Below, in pieces: positions 27,246 through 37,762 of a DNA stretch of 64,000 nt; position 1 is the first letter of the stretch; the number at the start of each line of letters is the position of its first letter. Source of the stretch: Escherichia phage T2; sequence record NC_054931.1. One strand, written 5' to 3'. The position numbers were made by a program, and so were the translations under genes. The notes under the pieces are model-generated. The model was not told the origin of the DNA. It saw nothing but the letters and a program-made list of their open reading frames with translations, and did no database searches.

Positions 27246-27783
27246 TTACTATTTCCAAAAGTTTATTATTTTTAAGGTAATTAGCCTTTTCTAGGACTTC
27301 AGAAGCATATTTAGAACCTGCTTTAACATTCCATCCCGAATTATAAGAGGATATTGCTTTTCTTATATCGCCCTTATGTATATTTAACCAATAAGAAAGT
27401 TCAATGTACGCCCAGGAAGCTGAATTGGATCGTTTATTCAACATTCTTTTTATTTCAGCATCGGTCATATTATAACCAAGTTCCTTAACTCTTGCTCGCA
27501 TAGTAGGCAAATAATTTTGGAACATTCCGTAGGCGTGATGATTTGGTTTAGATTTTAAATTAACTCCGCCAGAGCTTTCTTGCCATAAAATGGCTGCCAT
27601 TATATGACCTAATCCGCTCTTGTGGATGTTTTTGTGTGTTTTATATTTTCCATCCTTAGAAAATTGTTCCCCGAATTGATACGCGTAACGCATGTTATCG
27701 AGTTGGACATTACTGAAAGTATGCTCGGAGCTATGTGCCATCATTGAAATGGCCAATAGACCAGCGAGTAGTGCTTTTCTCAT
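27238..27783 (-). CDS. Lytic transglycosylase-like (SLT domain) protein with signal peptide
   Basis: 181-aa ORF; N-terminal MRKALLAGLLAISMMAHS; SLT catalytic-region motifs AAILWQESSGG and YGMFQ. Confidence 0.6.
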   Translation of the reverse strand: MRKALLAGLLAISMMAHSSEHTFSNVQLDNMRYAYQFGEQFSKDGKYKTHKNIHKSGLGHIMAAILWQESSGGVNLKSKPNHHAYGMFQNYLPTMRARVKELGYNMTDAEIKRMLNKRSNSASWAYIELSYWLNIHKGDIRKAISSYNSGWNVKAGSKYASEVLEKANYLKNNKLLEIVND

Positions 27784-27790
27784 GCTTACC

Positions 27791-28252
27791 TCATTGAGTT
27801 TTAATTACTGCTTTAGAAGCCTTTCCTGGTAAACGACGACTGTTAATAATTGCCATTCTACATTGAAGTGACGGGTCTTTGAACTTCGCATTAGGTTTAC
27901 AAACTGTAAATCCAAGCCAAAGATTTCCATCTGTGATTTCTAAACGTCCAGGACGATATTCAATTCCATCAATAAAATCCTCGTCAATGTCAGGACGCGG
28001 AGGCATACTCAGGAATTCATTAACTTCTAAAACATGGTCTTTTATTTTATGGAATAATTCAAAAACGTATGTCTCATCAATCTCCCGTTGAATTGCGCGA
28101 TCAAGAAGATGTTGAGAATATTTTAGATGAAACGATGAGACCCCTGCTGCTTTTGATGCCTCACGAATCTCATTGTTAATTTGACGAAACTCCGACTCAA
28201 AGTGACGACGAAGCTTATTTCGACGGATAAAAACTTCTGTATTGATAGTCAT
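27791..28252 (-). CDS. regB: RegB endoribonuclease
   Basis: 153-aa ORF MTINTEVFIRRNKLRRHFESEFRQINNEIREASK...; length and position (upstream of tk block) as in T4. Confidence 0.75.
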   Translation of the reverse strand: MTINTEVFIRRNKLRRHFESEFRQINNEIREASKAAGVSSFHLKYSQHLLDRAIQREIDETYVFELFHKIKDHVLEVNEFLSMPPRPDIDEDFIDGIEYRPGRLEITDGNLWLGFTVCKPNAKFKDPSLQCRMAIINSRRLPGKASKAVIKTQ

Positions 28253-28275
28253 GTTGTTCTCCTCTTAACTGATAG

Positions 28276-28309
28276 AAAAATTATACCACAGTCAAGAGGA
28301 AAAGTAAAC
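28276..28309 (-). promoter_or_regulatory. T4-type early promoter with extended -10
   Basis: Minus-strand GTTTACT, 17-bp spacer, TGG-TATAAT; forward agtaaac 28303-28309 and attata 28280-28285. Confidence 0.65.
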
Positions 28310-28311
28310 AG

Positions 28312-28632
28312 TTATTCTTTAAATCTAATCAATTTATTCATAGACTTTGAAACTTCTGCACGAACCTCATGTAGATTTTTGAGCTGTTCAAGACGCTGCG
28401 TATAGTAAGCAATTTCATCTTCTTCGAGACAGTCCTGCGAATCTTCTTTAAGATACCGTGCATAGTCCTGGAAAGCGTTACGGACTACTTCCTGGAAGTC
28501 ATCAAGACTTTGAATTTTCTTAGGAGCAACAGATACACGACGAGGTGCAGTATAATACTCATAACCAAACCCTGCGCTTAATTGATCCATTAGTATTTTT
28601 CCTCTGGTTGGAACACTGCACGACAAGCCCAC
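28312..28632 (-). CDS. Hypothetical protein
   Basis: 106-aa ORF. Confidence 0.45.
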   Translation of the reverse strand: MGLSCSVPTRGKILMDQLSAGFGYEYYTAPRRVSVAPKKIQSLDDFQEVVRNAFQDYARYLKEDSQDCLEEDEIAYYTQRLEQLKNLHEVRAEVSKSMNKLIRFKE

Positions 28633-28850
28633 ATACTGGCTTCTTTGAGTTTCGTTTTAGCAATAGTTAACTGATCGAGGCTTTCAGCATAATTCTTCGC
28701 GAATTCACAGTCTTCACAATTATCTAGTGCTTCCCAGAATTCATCATATAAAGCATCAAAGATAAGTCCTAAACGAACTTCAGCGTCTTTGATAGCATTC
28801 ACTTTACCGATTTTCTCTTCAGTATGTGGTTTATCCCTTAATATCTTCAA
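28590..28850 (-). CDS. Hypothetical protein
   Basis: 86-aa ORF. Confidence 0.45.
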   Translation of the reverse strand: MKILRDKPHTEEKIGKVNAIKDAEVRLGLIFDALYDEFWEALDNCEDCEFAKNYAESLDQLTIAKTKLKEASMWACRAVFQPEEKY

Positions 28851-29068
28851 TCATATTTGACTTCCTCACCAGTACATAAATCATATTCAACTAAACGAAT
28901 AGGTTCATGAATGCCATATCCCTGAACAGAAACTTCTGTCGTAGGATAAATTCCATCAATATCACCCATATTCCAGGCTTCATTAAATTGCTGTTCGCCT
29001 GAATTACTAAACCACTCGGCGAAAGCATTTATCACATCTTTAGAACCTTCAATAATTATCTTTGCCAT
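28847..29068 (-). CDS. Hypothetical protein
   Basis: 73-aa ORF; start overlaps the stop of the GrcA-like gene. Confidence 0.45.
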   Translation of the reverse strand: MAKIIIEGSKDVINAFAEWFSNSGEQQFNEAWNMGDIDGIYPTTEVSVQGYGIHEPIRLVEYDLCTGEEVKYD

Positions 29069-29430
29069 TACAAACTCTCGGTAAAGGTACGAGCGATAAC
29101 GTCGCGCTGCTGTTCCGGAGTCAGAGAGTTAAAGCGAACTGCATAACCGGATACACGGATGGTCAGCTGCGGATATTTTTCCGGATGCTTAACTGCATCT
29201 TCCAGAGTTTCACGACGCAGAACGTTAACGTTCAGGTGTTGACCACCTTCAATTTTAACTGTAGGTTGTGGCTCAATTTCAATTTCACGGGCATGCAAAC
29301 CATAGAAAATTTCTGGGTCTACAAAAGAGTCCTCTTTAAAGGTTTTAGAGACAATAATTCGTGCTTGAATACCATCTTCAAAATAAATAGTACCTTTATG
29401 TGTGCCTTCAAGAATTTGATATGCTTTCAT
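29068..29430 (-). CDS. Autonomous glycyl radical cofactor (GrcA/YfiD-like)
   Basis: 120-aa ORF; C-terminal half [63 protein letters not shown] with glycyl-radical RVSGY motif. Confidence 0.8.
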   Translation of the reverse strand: MKAYQILEGTHKGTIYFEDGIQARIIVSKTFKEDSFVDPEIFYGLHAREIEIEPQPTVKIEGGQHLNVNVLRRETLEDAVKHPEKYPQLTIRVSGYAVRFNSLTPEQQRDVIARTFTESL

Positions 29431-29437
29431 ATAAACC

Positions 29438-29818
29438 TCAATTAGAAAATAAATTTATCCAAGATTGTTCTTTAATTAAAAATGGCTCAGAATCATATGC
29501 CATTAAACTGTGGGTAATTAATCCTTTAAAAGGTCCATCAATAAATTCCATGGTAAAATATGGAATTTTATTCATTAGCCGTGCATTAGGAGCAGTACAC
29601 AAAACTCTGCATCCTTTGAATACGCCTTTTTGTAATTTGTATTGCTTAGGATAAAATTCGCTTAAAATGTTATTTTTTGCCAAAATTTCAAAATGATTCA
29701 CCAATTTATTTTTAATAGTTTTTGGCGAAAAATAAAGATATTCGAAAAGCTGAGTGTCTGTCATCATTGCATTCCGATTACGAAAAACTGTGGACGAGTA
29801 ATACCACCAATACAACAT
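29438..29818 (-). CDS. Hypothetical protein (start probably at internal MMTDTQ)
   Basis: 126-aa ORF; 5' end overlaps the frameshifted ATPase gene. Confidence 0.45.
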   Translation of the reverse strand: MLYWWYYSSTVFRNRNAMMTDTQLFEYLYFSPKTIKNKLVNHFEILAKNNILSEFYPKQYKLQKGVFKGCRVLCTAPNARLMNKIPYFTMEFIDGPFKGLITHSLMAYDSEPFLIKEQSWINLFSN

Positions 29819-30300
29819 TTAATATTACAGCAGCAGTGTACAGTGTCAATATGGACACTATAAATCTTATCCATATCAGGAGATTTGACAGGCTCATCAA
29901 TTATATACAAAATTCGCGAAAGCGATAAACCTCTGAACTTGCTTCCTTTATTACCAATAACTGCGCACAGAATCAGTAAATAAACGAAAACGTATATCAT
30001 CATTAGAATAACGCGAAAATTCCTTTTTGATGTTATTTGCAGAAATTTTAGCGTAAGCTGAAGTATTAGAAAGAACAATAACTGTTCCGCCATCATACAA
30101 CCAATTAGCAGCAAAGTTAGTCACAGCAATTGATTTACCAGATTGACGTCCACCATCTAGTCGAAGTGTGCAATACTGTTTAAGTAAGTCTTCAAATGGC
30201 GGGATATTCGTTTTTACAAATTTCTTCTACTCTAGCATCAGAATGGTGTGTAAAAGCATTCATCAGGGATAGATAAGGACCAGTTAAAAATGTTCTCATT
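29764..30300 (-). pseudogene. P-loop NTPase gene interrupted by two frameshifts
   Basis: ATG at 30298-30300 then stop after 35 codons; second frame carries Walker A LDGGRQSGKS; third frame (ORF 29764..30114) carries Walker B ILYIIDEP; the first shift is at a CCC run. Confidence 0.5.
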
Positions 30301-30439
30301 TCTTCTCTCTAAATTTGGGCCATTCCATGGCGCATGAATTGTCCATTTCTGTATTTACCCATTACCGCGCTTGGGCTCGACATTATTACAGGTTGGCGGG
30401 AATCCCTCACAGAATCATGAGGTCCAGGTTGTTCCCATG

Positions 30440-30913
30440 TTATTTGAACGATTTAACGTACTGAATAGAACCTTTACTATTCACAAAGGCAATTTTACCA
30501 TTTTTGTTATACATGGTAGCAGTACGTTGATAGCCATAAGTTTGTTTACCAGATTGATAACCAACTAATGCGAAATTATCTTCACCCATTTTATTCTGTT
30601 TAGCGCGAATGCGTTCATGACCATGTGCCATAAGAACCTTAGCATCACCAGTTGCAATGGATCGACGAGTTTTTTCATCTTCAACTGTATTAACAAAGTC
30701 GTCAAATGAATCAAATTTAGCATGAGATTTATTATACAGTTTTCCATCTACTGCATAATTATATCCCTGTACATCCATCTCAACTTCTGTACCATCATCC
30801 AATACAGCAGTGATTTTCTGACCTTTTTTAAATTTCAAAAGATCAGTAAAAGATTCAGCAATAATTTGAGAATTAATAGCTGCTTCAGTAATAAATTCTT
30901 GATAGGTTTTCAT
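30440..30913 (-). CDS. Capsid internal-protein-like (IP family) with N-terminal targeting leader
   Basis: 157-aa ORF starting MKTYQEFITEAA (leader with I-x-E prohead-protease-type cleavage motif); located downstream of e. Confidence 0.6.
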   Translation of the reverse strand: MKTYQEFITEAAINSQIIAESFTDLLKFKKGQKITAVLDDGTEVEMDVQGYNYAVDGKLYNKSHAKFDSFDDFVNTVEDEKTRRSIATGDAKVLMAHGHERIRAKQNKMGEDNFALVGYQSGKQTYGYQRTATMYNKNGKIAFVNSKGSIQYVKSFK

Positions 30914-30949
30914 GTGTTTCCTTTAAATATTTTAATTAGTAATTGTCTA

Positions 30950-30996
30950 TTCAAGTAACTGTGAATATACTATCACAATTCCAAGAGAAAGTAGAC
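30950..30996 (-). promoter_or_regulatory. Possible early promoter upstream of the IP-like gene
   Basis: Minus-strand GTCTACT ... TAGTAT with 17-bp spacing; weaker match than the others. Confidence 0.3.
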
Positions 30997-31000
30997 AATT

Positions 31001-32312
<1,312 letters not shown>

Positions 32313-32331
<19 letters not shown>

Positions 32332-32726
32332 CGTGATTCCTTAACAAATTTCATAATTTCATTAAATTCATACTCAGCTAGTTTAAGCTGGTGTTCCTTT
32401 TTAATCTTTTTACAATGAGCTTTCCAATCGTGTACACGTTTACGATAATGTCTTCCTTGATACCAGTATCCTACCCAATTTACAGGTACTAATAAAAATG
32501 GAACTACCAATGGAAGAGTTAGCATTAACATAATTATTACGCCAGATTCAATATCAGTCATAACATCTAAAACACCTCCAATAATCAATAGAATTACAAA
32601 TGATATGAGTATCACAGGACCTATTAATACGTCAGTAGGAATTATCTGGCGCTTTAATTCATACTTCAAAGGTTTACTTGGAAGGTATAGTGATGGCTTT
32701 GACATATTCTCTACATTCCTTAACAA
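32313..32726 (-). CDS. Hypothetical membrane protein
   Basis: 137-aa ORF with two hydrophobic helices. Confidence 0.45.
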
Positions 32727-33282
32727 ATTTTTCTAGTAATAAATCACTTTCAAAATTAGGATTTTTCACTAATTTATCAAAAAGACCATCAACAATAGTT
32801 AAAATATTCTTTTTGCTAAGAATACGTTTATTTTCATGCTTCGTTTCAGAGTCAACTATAAGAGTAAAGAAATATTTCTTTCCCTGAAATTTTACCGTAG
32901 TATCAATATAAAATAAATTTGACTTTTGTAAGTTACGTTTAAACCATGCGTCACTTAAACTATAAACACCGAGATAATCAAAATCGTCGTTTAAATAACA
33001 AACTGACCATTCAGGAGAAATGAAATCAGTAAATTCAACATCAAAATCACATGTCAATAAATGAATTGATTCAATATTGTTAATAAGTATTCCAGGACGT
33101 ATTAAAGACTTTTTACCTCTGGAAAATCTTCCAGAAAGACTTTCATCAGTTTCATATGAAGAACCCCAATAATAATTACGTCCTTCTGCCATACGTTTAA
33201 GAGCATTTAGTAATTGGTCTGGAACATCAACCTGTCTTTGGAACTCTTCAAACATTGAATTGAAATCACTTTGCATTTTCAT
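32674..33282 (-). CDS. Hypothetical protein
   Basis: 202-aa ORF. Confidence 0.55.
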   Translation of the reverse strand: MKMQSDFNSMFEEFQRQVDVPDQLLNALKRMAEGRNYYWGSSYETDESLSGRFSRGKKSLIRPGILINNIESIHLLTCDFDVEFTDFISPEWSVCYLNDDFDYLGVYSLSDAWFKRNLQKSNLFYIDTTVKFQGKKYFFTLIVDSETKHENKRILSKKNILTIVDGLFDKLVKNPNFESDLLLEKFVKECREYVKAITIPSK

Positions 33283-33324
33283 TCCTATTTACTCCAAGTA
33301 ATAGGGGGCCGAAGCCCCTTATCA

Positions 33325-33918
33325 TTATTTCAGAGAATTAATATATTCCTGAACATCGGCAGAGGTAGTTTCAACCCCAGAAATATTGCCATTAAAGGTT
33401 TCAACTCGAGCAAGAGTATCTTCAATATCAACCTTAGTCAGTGCTGCAATTTCAACTACATCATCAGCAGTACTAATTCCAAGGGCATTTGCTGCACGAG
33501 TTTCACGGATATATTCCAATTTAACTGCAAGTTCTTGGCGAGCATCATCTAACTCAACTACTTTCTTAGCGATTTCAATTCGCATTTCAGCATAACCATC
33601 AGCTTTAGTAGTCAGCTGTTCAGCTGTTCGACGATATAGCAAACCGAGTTTAGCATGCATTGTTACATCTTGACCTTCGGAAAGAAGCTTGCGAATTTCA
33701 CGCTCTTTTGATTCAGCCTGTTTATTCTTTTCAACAATAAGTTCACGAATACGTTTTTCTTCATTAATAGATTTAACAGAAGCAGTTTTTAGGTCTTTAA
33801 TTTTATCAAGCAGTTTTGCTGCTGCGGCAGTATACTGTTCTTCAACAGATAGATTTTTAGCCATAGCAGAACCAAGTTTAGTGCGAATAAACTCAACAAT
33901 TTTCTTCAGTGTGTTCAT
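33325..33918 (-). CDS. Hypothetical coiled-coil protein (PspA-like character)
   Basis: 197-aa ORF, highly helical/charged. Confidence 0.5.
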
Positions 33919-34207
33919 AGTATTTCCTTAGGTTAATTAAGATTTAAAATCCATGAGAGTATTATACTCCGGATAGTTTGTAAACTATTTCAACATCGCC
34001 TTTTGCTGCTTTATAACCTTCAGCCCAAGATACAACCGAGTTTTTATCTGAAGATTCAAATTCTGGCATTGGGCTTTCGCCAATGTTCACGCAATATGTT
34101 TCTTCATTTTCGTCGAACCAAATAATTAAAGTAGTCATTTATTTCTCCGTTTCTGTATTTGTTTTTGATAAGTCTATAATAACACCGTCCTTGGTGTTTG
34201 TACACAA

Positions 34208-34483
34208 TTATTTCATATTATTGAAATATTCTTCTGCGATTTCGTCGTTATCATGGTAAACTTTAGAAGACAGTTTAACATAACCTTCAGCAGTGAACAT
34301 GTTAATCACGACCTTTACAGTATACCACTGACCATCTTCATTACCCATTACTGCGTAAGTTTCAAACATCGGATGGTCAGGACCGATAACTTTAATATCA
34401 TTCACTGTACGACCGAAATCTTCTGAAACACATTTCATAAAGAAGTTGAACAGTTCACCGTAATTATCCATTTTATTCTCCAA
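34208..34483 (-). CDS. Hypothetical protein
   Basis: 91-aa ORF directly downstream of an early promoter. Confidence 0.5.
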   Translation of the reverse strand: MENKMDNYGELFNFFMKCVSEDFGRTVNDIKVIGPDHPMFETYAVMGNEDGQWYTVKVVINMFTAEGYVKLSSKVYHDNDEIAEEYFNNMK

Positions 34484-34509
34484 GTTGTTTTCTGTATCAG
34501 TAGTTGATA

Positions 34510-34544
34510 GTTGTATAGTACCATGGAAGAACAGGGATGTAAAC
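34510..34544 (-). promoter_or_regulatory. T4-type early promoter
   Basis: Forward tgtaaac at 34538-34544, -10 atagta at 34515-34520; upstream ttgtgaaaaaattttt. Confidence 0.6.
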
Positions 34545-34599
34545 AGTTTTGTGAAAAAATTTTTAAAAAGTTTTAGGGAATTCTAGGGCGGGGAGGGGC

Positions 34600-34900
34600 A
34601 ATTAAAAGATAGGATAATATATTATAAAGGGTATAAACTAAATGATGCCTAGAGAGGTCTGGAAAGGCCTAGATACCAAAAAGCCCCAACCTTTCGGTCG
34701 GGGCTAAGCCTTGCGGCAACCTTGTCGGGGTTCCACCTGCTAAGGCAAGTGTTTGTACGAAACGCCGGGATTTGAACCCGGTTATTAAGTAGTTGACGCT
34801 ACTCAATATTTTTAAAAGGCCATATCTCGACCATATCCGAACGTTCCGTCAAAAACGCTACTCGGCTTACAGCAAAGATATTTCCTCGAATCGATAATTC
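34600..34900 (-). ncRNA. Candidate structured stable RNA region next to the tRNA cluster
   Basis: No convincing ORF; GC-rich hairpins (gccccaacctttcggtcggggc) and a tRNA T-arm-like element (accgggttcaaatcccggc on the minus strand). Confidence 0.25.
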
Positions 34901-35011
34901 GGTGCGCCGTTTCTGCTGTGATAGTAAAGAGCCAGAACACAGTAAAACTGTGGGAGGAACTATACTCCAGGGAACATCAGTCCGACGACTTACCGGTAGC
35001 GACCCGGTTTC

Positions 35012-35362
35012 TTAATATTCTTTTAAAGCATCAATCTGTTCACGGCGTTTACGCCATAAATCAATTGCTTCATACGCGGATTCAGCATTTCGAATTAGCC
35101 GGCATTTATGTAAAGACTTGTGATTTTGGTATTGTGTAGATAATGGAATTTTATCTAAAAGGTCTTTACGTTCAAAGTATTCGTAACCATCTAAACCAAA
35201 TGAACGATTTTTGAGAAATTGCCAATGCCTAAATTCGTTTTCGACATAAACATAGTCTGCATGCTGATAAAGCAAATTAATTACACGTTCAGAAATAACA
35301 GTGTCATTATGATTAAAATAGAATGTTAAATCATGAACGACTAAATAAACATTACCTTTCAT
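35012..35362 (-). CDS. Hypothetical protein within the tRNA region
   Basis: 116-aa ORF. Confidence 0.45.
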   Translation of the reverse strand: MKGNVYLVVHDLTFYFNHNDTVISERVINLLYQHADYVYVENEFRHWQFLKNRSFGLDGYEYFERKDLLDKIPLSTQYQNHKSLHKCRLIRNAESAYEAIDLWRKRREQIDALKEY

Positions 35363-35380
35363 ATTTTCCTCACTTATAAT

Positions 35381-35456
35381 TGGTCGAGGCAGTAGGGATC
35401 GAACCTACGACCCAGGACTTAGAAGGTCCTTGCTCTTCCTTCTGAGCTATGCCTCG
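35381..35456 (-). tRNA. tRNA-Arg (anticodon UCU)
   Basis: Manual fold: 7-bp acceptor stem, T-arm GGTTCGATCC, anticodon loop CTTCTAA, encoded CCA. Confidence 0.75.
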
Positions 35457-35460
35457 TATT

Positions 35461-35535
35461 TGGCGGACGTGATAGGATTCGAACCTATAACCAATCGCTT
35501 AACAGGCGATCGCTCTGCCATTGAGCTACACATCC
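35461..35535 (-). tRNA. tRNA-Asn (anticodon GUU)
   Basis: Manual fold: acceptor GGATGTG/CACGTCC, anticodon loop CTGTTAA, T-arm GGTTCGAATCC, encoded CCA. Confidence 0.65.
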
Positions 35536-35539
35536 AAAT

Positions 35540-35626
35540 TGGTGGGGAGTGATGGAGTCGAACCACCCGAGTCGCAATGACAATGAATTTACAGTCCACA
35601 CCGCTACCTCTACGGGATAACTCCCC
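35540..35626 (-). tRNA. tRNA-Tyr (anticodon GUA), long variable arm
   Basis: Manual fold of 87 nt: acceptor GGGGAGT/ACTCCCC, anticodon loop CTGTAAA, variable-arm hairpin, T-arm GGTTCGACTCC, CCA. Confidence 0.55.
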
Positions 35627-35636
35627 CAAATTAATT

Positions 35637-35711
35637 TGGTGGCCCTGGGTGGAATTGAACCACCATCTGGCGATTATGAGTCGCTTGCTTGAACCTTCCA
35701 GCTACAGGGCC
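35637..35711 (-). tRNA. tRNA with CAU anticodon (Met or lysidine-type Ile)
   Basis: Manual fold: acceptor GGCCCTG/CAGGGCC, anticodon loop CTCATAA, T-loop GTTCAAT, CCA. Confidence 0.65.
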
Positions 35712-35719
35712 AAATTTTC

Positions 35720-36124
35720 TTATTTTATGTAATATTTATTTAAAAACTTTCTAGCTTGAGTATGGCTAACATTTATAGCGTTTGCATAATTTTTAATAAA
35801 ACCTCGTTCATCCATATTAAAATTTTCTAATATTTTTAATCGTCTAGTTATCTCATCTTTGCTTAAGGTACTTGCATTATTTTTAGAAATTTTTTCTAAG
35901 GACTGTGCCGAGTGTTTTCGACCATTAAAATTAAAATTTTTAGATTTTGGAGGAAATCTATCATTTAGTCTCGCATCTTTTGTATTTTGATTATTAGTTG
36001 CGCAATATATGTTATTTAATGAATATGGTCCTTTATCACCGAAACGGCACATGCAGTATTCATGACCCTTTCTTCCACGCTTATCATATTTTCCCGTTGA
36101 TTTCCACCAATAGCCATTCATCAA
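35720..36124 (-). CDS. Small HNH-like endonuclease-like protein inside the tRNA cluster
   Basis: 134-aa basic ORF with Cys/His/Asn motif (HEYCMCRFGDKGPYSLNNIYCATNNQN); sits between the two tRNA sub-clusters. Confidence 0.4.
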   Translation of the reverse strand: MMNGYWWKSTGKYDKRGRKGHEYCMCRFGDKGPYSLNNIYCATNNQNTKDARLNDRFPPKSKNFNFNGRKHSAQSLEKISKNNASTLSKDEITRRLKILENFNMDERGFIKNYANAINVSHTQARKFLNKYYIK

Positions 36125-36245
36125 AAGTTAAATTCCATTCAATGTTTCTACGTATAGCAGAATTCCGCTGAGAAATATTTTGCATAATCTTCTTTCATCA
36201 CAAATTTCTCTACTTATTCAATACACCGAGCTAAATCAGCAAAAC

Positions 36246-36335
36246 TGGCGGAGGCGATAGGATTTGAACCTATGAGTCGCCGGAGCGACTGCCGGTTTTC
36301 AAGACCGGTGCATTAAACCACTCTGCCACGCCTCC
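36246..36335 (-). tRNA. tRNA-Ser (anticodon UGA)
   Basis: Minus-strand GGAGGCGTGGCAGAGTGGTTTAATGCACCGGTCTTGAAAACCGG...; long variable arm; encoded CCA. Confidence 0.85.
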
Positions 36336-36337
36336 AG

Positions 36338-36411
36338 TCTCCATACAAGGATTTGAACCTTGGACCTCCTGATCCCAAATCAGGCGCTCTACCAAACTGA
36401 GCTACACGGAG
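36338..36411 (-). tRNA. tRNA-Pro (anticodon UGG), no encoded CCA
   Basis: Manual fold: anticodon loop TTTGGGA, T-arm CAAGGTTCAAATCCTTG; 3' end abuts tRNA-Ser. Confidence 0.7.
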
Positions 36412-36421
36412 TAAATTAAAT

Positions 36422-36495
<74 letters not shown>

Positions 36496-36500
36496 AAATT

Positions 36501-36589
36501 TGGTGCGAGAAGTGGGACTCGAACCCACAAGGAAATCATTCCGCAGCATTTTAAGTGCTGTGCCTTTACCAATTTGACCATTCTCGCGC
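36501..36589 (-). tRNA. tRNA-Leu (anticodon UAA)
   Basis: Minus-strand GCGAGAATGGTCAAATTGGTAAAGGCACAGCACTTAAAATGCTG...GGTTCGAGTCCCACTTCTCGCACCA. Confidence 0.85.
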
Positions 36590-36661
36590 TGGGAATAAAG
36601 GACTCGAACCTTTGCATCTAGCAGTCAAAGTTCTATGCCTTACCAACTTGGCTAATTCCCA
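36590..36661 (-). tRNA. tRNA-Gln (anticodon UUG)
   Basis: Minus-strand TGGGAATTAGCCAAGTTGGTAAGGCATAGAACTTTGACTGCTAGATGCAAAGGTTCGAGTCCTTTATTCCCA. Confidence 0.8.
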
Positions 36662-36747
36662 ATTATTAACAAAGGCTCTCAAATAAGAACCCTTGATGAT
36701 AGAGGGTATTAATCAATGCGATATGAGTTAATAATAACAAATATTTC

Positions 36748-37263
36748 TTAAAGCAAATCAACCATTTTAACAGTCGGCAAAACAATTTCTTCTTCGATAT
36801 AAGCAAATTCTACATGTTCAACTACACGCAAGAAATCATATTCATAGTATTCAGAAGCATGACCAAGAATATCAATGAGGCCTTCAAATATCTTATTACC
36901 ATTCACAAAGAATAAGTCAAATACACGTTCTTCATCTTCTTCGGATTTATTACCAAGGTCAACTTCTATATCAAAGACCTTTTTAATGAATTCTGGATAA
37001 AGTTGGTCTGAGAACAGTCCTTCAACCAAATATTCATATATAAAAAGCTCTTGCTCGCTGAACAACCCATTACCACAATAACGGTCAGCTTTAGTGCTAG
37101 AATGACGACTCTTAAACTTCTTCAAAAGATATTTAAATTGTTGGAGCTCATGCTCTTCTACGCCAAACAGTGTTTTGGTTTTATAGTTATCACCATCATT
37201 TTCCCAGGTAGTGACATCAATTACGTAACCCTTAGGAATTGTGCTGCCTAAACGAATATACAT
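36748..37263 (-). CDS. Hypothetical acidic protein
   Basis: 171-aa ORF. Confidence 0.55.
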   Translation of the reverse strand: MYIRLGSTIPKGYVIDVTTWENDGDNYKTKTLFGVEEHELQQFKYLLKKFKSRHSSTKADRYCGNGLFSEQELFIYEYLVEGLFSDQLYPEFIKKVFDIEVDLGNKSEEDEERVFDLFFVNGNKIFEGLIDILGHASEYYEYDFLRVVEHVEFAYIEEEIVLPTVKMVDLL

Positions 37264-37553
37264 TTGTTCACCATATTAATGTAAGTATATTTAATACATT
37301 CAAGACCCAAAGGATTCTTGAAAATATCATATTCAAGAGGACCTTTTTCTGTTTCAATAAAGAAATCAAAATTTACTGTATTAAATTTACGGTCTTCCTT
37401 CACTAATTTAACTTGAGAAGATGAACGGTCAATGTAAACCTTTTCAACTTCAAAACATGTTAAAATGCCATAATCATCAATCAAGGCTTTAGCCGCATCT
37501 TGATCATATTTATATCCATTTTCAACGGACGATACTTTCGCATAAAGAATCAT
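37248..37553 (-). CDS. Hypothetical protein
   Basis: 101-aa ORF. Confidence 0.5.
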   Translation of the reverse strand: MILYAKVSSVENGYKYDQDAAKALIDDYGILTCFEVEKVYIDRSSSQVKLVKEDRKFNTVNFDFFIETEKGPLEYDIFKNPLGLECIKYTYINMVNKCIFV

Positions 37554-37555
37554 TA

Positions 37556-37738
37556 TTAACCTTTAGAAATTTTATCCATAACGATAGCGATTAAACCAAT
37601 TAAAAATGCTACTACAAGTGAAAACACATTTTCTGCTGTAGTCAATAATCCGCATATAAATCCAACAAACATTGAAAAACTAAAAGCGGAAGCAGAAATT
37701 GCAATAGCAACATTTCGAATTAATTCACAACGTTTCAT
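37556..37738 (-). CDS. Hypothetical small membrane protein
   Basis: 60-aa ORF, almost entirely hydrophobic. Confidence 0.45.
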   Translation of the reverse strand: MKRCELIRNVAIAISASAFSFSMFVGFICGLLTTAENVFSLVVAFLIGLIAIVMDKISKG

Positions 37739-37762
37739 TTTATTCTCCTCAGTAGTTGATAG

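Noticed and set aside
33950-33985. Possible early promoter (tgtaaac plus attata)
   Set aside because: Spacer between the -35 and -10 candidates is only about 12 bp, so not a functional sigma-70-type promoter as arranged.
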